Positions 54,480-64,000 of a DNA stretch of 64,000 bases are shown one piece after another. The notes under the pieces are model-generated. The model did not search any database, was not told where the DNA came from, and worked only from the letters and a program-made list of their open reading frames with translations. The DNA is from the human T2T-CHM13v2.0 reference genome, Homo sapiens. Position 1 is the first letter of the stretch. Each line of letters begins with the position of its first letter. The position numbers and the translations under genes are program-made. The stretch is taken from NCBI RefSeq assembly GCF_009914755.1, contig NC_060933.1; one strand, written 5' to 3'.

Positions 54480-55060
54480 ATTATTTTAATAGAAATATAC
54501 ACTTATGATATAAAATTCAAAAGATAAAACAGGTCTGTTGAAAAGTTGAGTCTCTCCCCTCTAACTCCCAGTCACCCAGTTTCCTTCACAAAGGCAACCA
54601 CTGTTAACATTTTCTTGTTCTTTCTCCTTCTGGATATATATATATCCATATATAGATATGTATATCCATACATATGGATATATATATGAAGGAAAAGGAA
54701 GAAACATACATATATACACATACATAAACACACATGTTATTTTTCACTCAAGTGAAAATATGTATACATAATTTTTTGCATTTGCTTTTTCTTTTAACTT
54801 TAAATCTCGAAGTGATCCATTTTGGTATGTGTATAGAGTTGCCTATTCTTTTGATGGCTGTATAGTATTCTACTCTAAAGATTGTATTAATACCATATTT
54901 TATTTATGCAGCTCCCTACTAGATAAAGAAATTATAACCAATCTTTTGCATTAAAAATAATAATGCAACAAATGCCCTTGTACACTTCTCTTGTCACCCA
55001 GATATAAATATTTTTGTAGGACAAATACCTAGAGGTGGAATTGCTACGCCAAAGGATTCA
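54480..55060 (-). mobile_element. Old L1ME-like 3' fragment
   Basis: AGGCAACCACTGTTAACATTTTCTTG; GGCTGTATAGTATTC; AAATACCTAGAGGTGGAATTGCT; approximate. Confidence 0.65.
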
Positions 55061-55295
55061 TATTAGGATAGGCTTAAGAAATAGAGAATAAAACTTATTC
55101 TCACTTTTCTGCATTCCTCATCTCTCCACTCTGAGACCAGAAAGAAGAAAAATGAATTTGTTAGTGCTAAAAGATACGCTCAAAAGAATTAGTGCTAAGT
55201 TCACCTGTCCTTTAGGAATAAGCTTGATTATTTTATATTAGCAAGTTATCTGGCAAAACCTAGCATGTGTTCATACTACATTTGAAAAGACTTAC

Positions 55296-55408
55296 CTCAC
55301 AGTGCTCTCTATAAAGACTCTGCAGTGACTTGATATCCTCAAAGGTAGTACCATCTGGCAGAGAAGAGATTTCAACTTCTCCAAACTCTGGAAGTGCTCG
55401 AGATGCAT
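55296..55408 (-). CDS. RFX3: RFX3 exon 9: (D)ASRALPEFGEVEISSLPDGTTFEDIKSLQSLYREHCE
   Basis: Acceptor GTAACAG|ATG, donor GAG|GTAAGT; 113 nt. Confidence 0.97.
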
Positions 55409-57135
55409 CTGTTACCGTGACAACAGAACAGAAAAAAGCTATTGTGGATGGTGCCAATTACAGATTAATGAGGGAAAATTTAAGAAGACCAAAAAGAAAA
55501 ACAAATTTTAAAGGTCAGGGGTCCAGAGAGCAAGGACATTTTATATTAATATTTTACAAGTAAAACTAAGCAACATCATCAGCACAAAATATAAAACTAA
55601 AGGGAACATTCTTAAGAATTTTCTAGAAACAAAATTTGCAATACAATTATACTGCAAATAGTATACTGCATATCACAGTGTCTCTCAACACAAGGCCCCT
55701 ATTAAAAGAAAAATATCTCGAGCTTGCTAGTACCTATTTTAGATATTTTTATTATGTTGTTTAATTACATAAAAAAACGAATTTTAAACTCATTATGTTC
55801 TTAACTGTTATAGAGTCATAAACCTAAAGAGCTACAAAGCAGATACAAAGAAAACTACAAAAATAACATACAATTTAACAACATTAATTTGATGTGATGG
55901 ATGATGCTCTTGTCCTGTAACTAAGTTATCTCTTGCAACAAGGATCAGTATTGACTGCCGCAGCACAGGATCTTTTGGGTCTGACAGATCTATACCAACA
56001 TGTGCTTTGTGGTGGCTGCTTCTCCTATTACTCTTCTATGTACAAATGACTGTGAAACTTTCCTTCACACAGAATACAGGGACATGATCTAGGCTTCCCT
56101 TGTGAGGGAGGCGTAATTTACATAGTAAGTCTCTCTGTGTTCTTTTCTTATTAGCTCTGGACAATTAATGTAAGACATTTTGGTGCCTGTCTTACCATAA
56201 ATCCAGGTACAAATATGGAAACTAAAATTGCAGAACAGTATTTAGTTCTAGTTTTCTAGGTAATCCAGAATATGCTTAGTTTTTAAGATGATAATCGAAG
56301 TGAAATCACAAAATAAAATTCTTGTTGAATGACCAAAGGTCCACAAGAATATAACCCTAGGACTTCAGTCTGAGAAACGCTGCCATGTTTTCAACTTCAG
56401 TAATGATTCCAACCTGAGAGTCTATTTTAGTTGTCTTTGTCAGAAAGTGCACATAGACACATATACACACACACAGACACATACACACAGTCACTCTCTG
56501 ATACCTTCTACTTATCTTGACCTGTTATATGGAAAATATGCATGTTCATCTCTAGAAGAGTTGTCAATCAAATTAAAGTGCCACTTTTTTGCCCCTTTGG
56601 CTATGGCAAAAATATGAAAAATATGCAAGTTTTTCTTCCTAACTCTTTCAATAACAAGAAACATGTATTCCATCTATAAATTACAAAAATAGAAAGTACT
56701 GTGATTAATTTAAATGAATAAATTACTTTAAAAAAGTTTATAAAAATTTTTTTTCTAATCTGAGCCTGTGCATATATAACTTTATACATAGGAAATGAGA
56801 ATTCTTTTTGGCACTTGAAGTTACTACTGAAAGTAAACAGCATAATTTTGATCACAAAAGCCGAATAATACAAATTCTGGAAAACAATTTCATAGCAATG
56901 AGTCTTTAATTCATACGCATAAAAGTCCTATATAGCTCGAGATTTTTAAAAATAAGCTCTAATAAACACGAAAGGCAGACATGAACTAGGACTGTTATAC
57001 ATATGATGTGCATAATTTTGGCACCAAAAAAAATCTTTCTATGTCATTGACATCTATAATAGACATTGCACTTGGAGAAAAGACTAACTTTTCAAAATCC
57101 TAGTAGCAACTAATATGCATTACACCTTAACATAC

Positions 57136-57257
57136 CTAAAAACTGTTGATGATGTTGGCTTTGGGCAATTACAGTTTGCTCAACAGATGTGCCTGTCTGT
57201 TGACCACTTCCTGTGAAACCATCTGCAACCCCATCCACTTTCTGCATAGGCTTGTAC
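57136..57257 (-). CDS. RFX3: RFX3 exon 8: (R)YKPMQKVDGVADGFTGSGQQTGTSVEQTVIAQSQHHQQFL(D)
   Basis: Acceptor ATTTTTAG|GTA, donor TAG|GTATGT; 122 nt; upstream DNA-binding-domain exons not seen in the window. Confidence 0.97.
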
Positions 57258-60200
57258 CTAAAAATATTAGATGGAAAAAAACAAATAAACCAAATTATTC
57301 CTTGCTTTTTTGTACTACCCGAAACTCCCAAAGCATTCAGTTTTATTCTATCTTCTTTAACGTCTCATGATAGTTGTAGGATTTTTTTCCTTGATAGTCT
57401 CATAAAGTTAGAAGGCAATATTTTTTTCAATTGTGAAAAGAAAAAAGGGGAGAAGGGATGCATGAAGGGGACCCATTTTTGGAAATCCAGAAATTTACCT
57501 AAGAATGAAAGAATTATAAGGTATTTCTTTGGACAGCAGGAGCAAAGATGTCCATGATTAAGTTTTAATACACAGCTTGAAAGTAACTTTTAATGGTCAA
57601 TGGATATATTGGAACTTTAATCTGAACAATGATCTAGGAGCTCAGGCCTGAGAAATGTTGATGAATGGCTTTCAATTAGTTAATATCTCTAAAACATGAT
57701 CAGCCTACAAATCCTATCATATTGTTTTTCATATCTCCTAGAACCTTTCGTGCATCTCAACACATTTATCTCCATGACAATTATCAACATCCTCAAATAC
57801 AAAGGCCATAAGCATCATTTTGTAGCAAAATATATGCAAGAATCAATCTACAAACAGAGTTTATCAAATTAAAATAAAGAATCAAAGTCAGTTAAAGTTA
57901 TGTATCTTCAGGTCCTAGTCATACAAACTTATGTATTTTCCATACAGCTAAGATAGAAAAAAATGTGCTTCAGTGGCATGGGGAAGAAGGAAGATGTCTT
58001 GAAAAAGAAATATCATATAAAAAAACAAAACATAAAAAAGCCTGGCCAAGTATCCTAGGATAAGCAAAACAAAATAAGTAAGCAGCAACTGTAATTTCTT
58101 CTTTTTCTCTGATTCCACTTATTTTTCTTCATTTTATAAATTTGGAAACAACAGAAAAGCGTAAGAAAAAATTAAAATCTACAATAAACATACTATCTAG
58201 AGATAACATTCACACTATGCTGTCTGGCCTCCCATTCTTTTTTTTCCCTATTTCTAATTATATTTACAAACAAACTAGTATTCTCACCATCCAGACACTT
58301 GACCCCTACATTGATACTAAAATTCAACTGCATCATTAATATGAAGTTACTATGAATAACAATGACCCTAATATGTGAACAGGACATACTCAAAGATGCC
58401 TGCATGCTGACAACAAATATGAAGTCACCGAACCTGGTAGAACATCATACAAACTAATGCTCAGCTTGCCTTAGGAAATGAATCAATCTTGGATGTTATC
58501 AATTGCAACTCAGATAAATGAAATTTTCCAAATAATTGCCAAATCTCTCATAATGACATTTACATTTATTTCTTATGTGACAGTATCTTACAAACAACTA
58601 TGAAAAACAAAAAATAAAGTCAGAGGGGGAAGAGATTGGAAATCAGTACAGCACTCTTCATCCTCATGAATATAATTTTAGTGATGACTCCTCATTACAA
58701 AAAAATTGATTGCTGTTTTCTAATGAGAGAAAAGAACTCAGATCTAATCTTTTACTTAATGGAAAAACCTTCTGGGAGGTACTTTTCAACTGGGGCCATA
58801 TCCAAATATAACAGAAGAGTTAGTGTTGTGATGTGCTAGATGCCTTGTTTATTAAAAATTTAATGTTTTTCTGATTTTTTTTTCCTCCTTAAAGAATCAT
58901 CTTTGAGAAGCAAAGAAACTTCATGAGGCAAAAAAGCACTTTGTGTACATGTGCGGCAGAGCAGTTGCTAGCCATTCTGTTGTAGCAGACTTGAATGATT
59001 TTAACCTTATTTTGTTCAGGAAAGTTTCTTTTCCTTATTGATTCATTCCAAGTTTCAACTGATTTTAGCTTCCCCTTTTCAGCTATGGAATTGTGTCTCA
59101 TTAATAAAATAGCCTAAAATTGTTTAACCATGTTTCTTCATTTAAGTTAATGGAGTTTGGGATTCACAGAGCTTGAATAAAAGTGGTTAAAGGAATTTGA
59201 GTTATTAATATTTACCCTGGAGGAGGAAAAAATGAAAATAATTCCAATAGACTTCAATTACATTAATTTTTAATACAGGATTGCAAAATTATTACAAGAC
59301 TTTGCCCAGTTATGCTCTGCCACATTTCTTTGTCCTACAAAGCATTTAACATACTACAGGTGCTTAATAGGCACAAATATCAAGGGCAAATGGAATTTAA
59401 CCATAAAAGAAAATGACTTATATTCCACTTAGACTGTAAGTTTTCAAAAGACAGATGTTACATCACAATCTAACTGCGCACAATGCTTAGGAATACTATA
59501 GCCTACAAGCAAAATTGTCTGCTTCCTTAGGAAGATGGAGACAGCTGTTAGTATTGCAAATGAAAGTTCCTAATGAAAGGAGAGATTATATTTTTAATAA
59601 GGAATCAAAATCATGATGCATTATAATTAACATATGATTATACTTAATGATACTGAGTGGGAAACACTAATTAGAGATAAACTATATTATGTGGGAGATG
59701 AAAAATGCATCAAGATCAACTTTTAGGGCAAAGAAGGAGGTAAGTTGGTAAATTCTGGAGAAACTATGCAGGTCAGTACTTAGGAAAAGATTTTATAATA
59801 CACAGTAGAAATAAAGAAAAACACAGAAAATATATCAGAACTTGGAAATGAGTGTTTTTTCATTCTAACCACAAGAGTAAGGGTAGCACGGTGAATAGTG
59901 GATTGAAAGATGGACAGAGATTGAGCAAAGACACACTATGTGCATTCATTCTTGGTTGCTTGGCTACAGGACCTCTGCAAGCCAGAAGCATATGTTATGC
60001 CTCCTGGGAAAAGGTCTAGGGACAAAGTTTAGGATGGGTTTGTGCCATAAAGAATGACATCAAGATGGTAATATGGAATACAGCTCATGTACAAGAGGGC
60101 TAATGTGGGCCTGTAAGTATGAGAGAGCTTCCAGGTAGTGATAACTTTTGCTTTTCTTGCTTTAAGTAATGAATCATGTCATGGTATATCGACAATGTAT

Positions 60201-63084
60201 TGTCTGGCAATGGATTGGAACTTAGAAAAAATCCCCAGAAATCAGAAATACTGGACTGAGAAAGCCTAGATCCTCATTTTCAAGGTACCCTAACTAAGGA
60301 AAATATCCTACCCCTACCCTCACCTCTGAAGTTTGTGTCTTCCCAAAGAAGGAGGGAGTTTAACAGGAAGTCAAGAACAATCACATTAAAAACAGGCTAA
60401 ACAAATACCAGTAGCAACTGATTCTTCTTGGAAACAGTGGTTGTAGATTATATATCACTGCTTTTGAAATCTAAGTGCATATCAATATCTAGGTAGTTTT
60501 TCAAAAAATTCAGGTGCCTAGGCTCACCCTAGATCCACTCCCAAAATATTTGAGAATGGAGCTTAGGAACTGGTTATTCTAACAAGTTTCTGAGGTATTT
60601 CTTAAGTAGGTAGTACAGCCTAATCCACAGGAGCCTGTTGGTCCCAAATAGATTCCTTCAGCCCAATGTTGTAGAAATACATCAATTAATATTAGAAAAA
60701 CATCATTTTAAACAAAATAAGTCATTAATTTTTAACTTTTCTCAATAAACTATATTTGGAATGTACAATAAATATATTTGAATGAATAAATGTTTAAGGT
60801 AACATGCTTGATTTTATCATATCATCAACTGATTTTGTATATATATCAAATCAATTTAACAAATATTTATTGAGCACATACTGTATTATGGGTAGGCCAC
60901 TATAGGCACATGGTTTTTAAAATGCTGGGTATAAATATAATTTTTCCAAGATGTCTTTTATATTCTATTGGCTTACATAGTAATTCTACATTATGTTAAC
61001 CTTGGTTGAATTTCAACTGACATTATAGCATTGAAACATGACTTGTAGATTTTCTGATTCTCTATACTCTTCATAAAATAATCACCATAAACTTTATCAA
61101 ATCTACCATATCAGGAGAATAATAAATTTTAAAAAACAGGTAAGATTTCCATTGAAAAAAAAAAAGTCAAACAAAAACCTTCCTGTTGAATCCTTTAAAA
61201 ATACTGAACTTTTTAATATTTAAGAGTATTTTCCTCCCTTTACTTCCATTTACTTTATGAATTAATTATTTTTAGATTTGGTTTTCCCAGAGTAAACTCT
61301 TAGTACTCTTTCATTGAGTGTGCTCTGAGAAAGACCTGTGCTTTATCAAATAATGAAACAGCACTTGGTTTCAAAATTAGTAAGAGGCAAATGATAATTT
61401 TAACAGCTTGCAACTCAATGGGTAATCAGTGCTAAAGTTGTTAATGATTAAGAAATAAAAGAAACTCTCATGCTTTAATAGCTGACTGTATGCATAAAAC
61501 CTGTCACTAACACAGAAAACTTAGAAAATAATTAGGAATCTTCCTCCATGGGGTTAGTCACAGCTGCTATTTAGGACTTGGACAGTTGTAACTCTACTGT
61601 AAAAGTAATATTCTGTCAATCCCACACACATGGGTACTAAAACAGTCCAATGGAAGGCAAAGAATGGTATATATTTACCATTACATTCAACTAACAGCAC
61701 CAGGTGGAAGGATTTTCTACAGATTAAATGAAACATTTGGAAAATCCTTTCAAAGTGGCTGAAAAATGCACATGCAAACACAAAATATAAACTGTATAGG
61801 CAAAAGGAGACATCATTATGTTTTGTAATTCCAGAAATTACACAATCATTTTATTTGCATGAATAAATTGAAATACTGAGCTCAGAACAAGGGCAGGAGG
61901 CTAGAATTTTCTACTGGAATCTTGTAATCTCTTTGGAAAAAACTGTCCCAGAAAGTCTTTAGATGACTTCATGTCTGAAATGAACCAAGTGATATAAACG
62001 CTAATGGATCAGAAGAAAATAGTAAATATGAAGAGTTCCACTCTTTTAGAATAGTAGCTAATTTTGATGTTACACTGAATATACTGATAATATATGCAAA
62101 TGACTTCTAACATCAACCATGCTGGTTAATGATAGGTATTCCATCTCTTCCATTCTTGTTGGTGGCTCTCTGAGTATTTGTCTCTTCATTAGCTTTACAT
62201 CTATAATCGGGCAAGAAGAGGTGGAAAAAATTAAATTGAAATGGGCTATATGTTAACTGCAGCAGGTAAAGGAGGAGGTTGAAGCTGCTGGCGAAAATCA
62301 GAGTTGTGGGTCATTCATTCATTTAACAAATATTTAGAGAGCACCGACAATGTGCTTAGAGCTCTCCCAGGTGCTGAGGATGCAGTGCTGAAAGAGGCAG
62401 ACATGATTCTCTGATCTCATGAATTTCTTCATTGAGTCCTCTAAGCATAGGTGGTTTATGGTTAGCTGTATAGAACTGATATATTCTTGCTACAAGTATG
62501 CATGACACTTCTTTTATCTCTTACCCTTTCCCACCTTCTTTATTTGAAGAATGACAATCTGGCTCCATCTGATGCCAAGAGATAAACAATAACAACAACA
62601 AAAAAGGCAACTGAGGTTCTATCTAGGAAGAAATAAATTAGTGAGCTTCTTGAATACAGCAAAATTAAGTGGTCCTCAGTTTCCTTATCAGTAAGTAACA
62701 ATATAATTGCCAATGAGATCTTGCATGTAATGTGTTTACTGAAAAATATTTTAAATGTTCCACAAATACTACTCAGGAGCATAAGTGGTGACTGTTATTA
62801 TTAACAAACTACATAAATTACTATAGTTTGGTAGTTATTGAGTTGTGATTATTTATGTTTCTCCTCTCTTCAATAGAAAAGATTATCATTACATCACCAG
62901 GGAATTAATGTCTAGGAAAGGAATGATAAACTATTAACATCAATCAAAGTTAGAAACCACTAGCCTAGAGGTATAGAGAAATGGAAGCCCAATCTGACCA
63001 ATTGCCAGGCTTCATTCTCCTCCAAAACACTAAATATCCCATAAGAAAGATATTTTTCTGTAGTGCTCATCATATAATAATGAT

Positions 63085-63320
63085 CCTAATAATAATTATC
63101 TAACACTTTAACACTTCCAGTTATTAAAAAAATTTTCAGATACGTTATTCCACTTGAACTTCAAAACAATCTGTGAGATAGTCTATTATGAATTTCTATT
63201 TTGCAGATGAAGAAACTGAGGCTCAGTGAAGTTAAGTCATACACTCTGCAGAAGTGCCTATGTAGCCTGTACTCAATTCCCCATTTTCCAATTCTAAATA
63301 TAGGGTTCGTTTAACTAGTC
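63085..63320 (-). mobile_element. MIR
   Basis: ATTTTGCAGATGAAGAAACTGAGGCTCAGTGAAGTTAAGTCA core. Confidence 0.8.
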
Positions 63321-64000
63321 TATGAACCCTATATTAAGAAAGGCCATCTAATGATAAAAGTTCTTAAATTTCCTCTCTCACTTCTAAAAGAACGTGCATG
63401 CTTTTACATCTATCTACAGCCAAAACAAAAGTAGGCTTGCTGTACCATCTTTCCAAATGACCTCTTCTTCTCTCTTCTTAAGTGACATTCTTACTTCACA
63501 TCCTGTGAAAGAAAGGTTTATTCTTTCACAGAATCCAATTGCTGTGAAGAGACCATGCAAAGAGGCAGGAGGTGGCACATTTCCTCAGTTACTTGAAACA
63601 TACTCATTAAAATGTGATTTCTCCCTTTATTTCATATGCAAAAATTTTATTACGTGTATTTCTGTTTGGGTTATCTTACCTCTTTGAGGGTGGAATTCTC
63701 ATGAGAATAAAGACAAGAGTTCTTAACCTGGTTGCTATATGACTGTGGATAAGTTATTTAACCTTTATGGACTTCGGTTTTCTCATCAACAGGATAAGTT
63801 GGACTAGGTGATTTCTTCCTTCCTTCTCTAACATTCTATGATTCTGTGTTATGTCTTTTAGATGTGATTGACAGATTGTGTATGCAAATAACAACTGATA
63901 AGTATTTGTTGAAGAAATGATAAATGACATTTAATATTTTGAGAATGGCTACTGGGATCAAACACAGCCAAGCATATTAACAAAAGCATTTGGCTTTTAC

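Overview
Human (or very close great-ape) genomic DNA containing the 3' half of RFX3, the winged-helix ciliogenesis transcription factor, on the minus strand. Ten coding exons (by recalled numbering exons 8-17; 122, 113, 116, 155, 98, 150, 209, 154, 43 and 239 coding nt) have GT-AG boundaries and splice in frame, from R-YKPMQKV through the B/C and dimerization regions to ...TGNTYTAV*. A long AU-rich 3' UTR follows and appears to run off the window start; the DNA-binding-domain exons lie beyond the window end. The introns contain Alu, MIR, L2, L1, LTR (MLT1D, LTR33) and DNA-transposon relics (MER58A, MER3, MER5, MADE1, MARNA-like) plus microsatellites. I found no evidence of a new multi-gene system. 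The best leads are RNA-processing features: two donor read-through/intronic-polyadenylation ends (413 aa and 707 aa, both recalled as annotated), an NMD-escaping skip of the 43-nt exon, a U12-like intron 12, complementary microsatellites and inverted Alus bracketing exon blocks, a double perfect hairpin inside an LTR, and a miR-34/449 8mer in the 3' UTR. Exon numbers, repeat subfamilies and isoform status come from memory and were not checked by database search.
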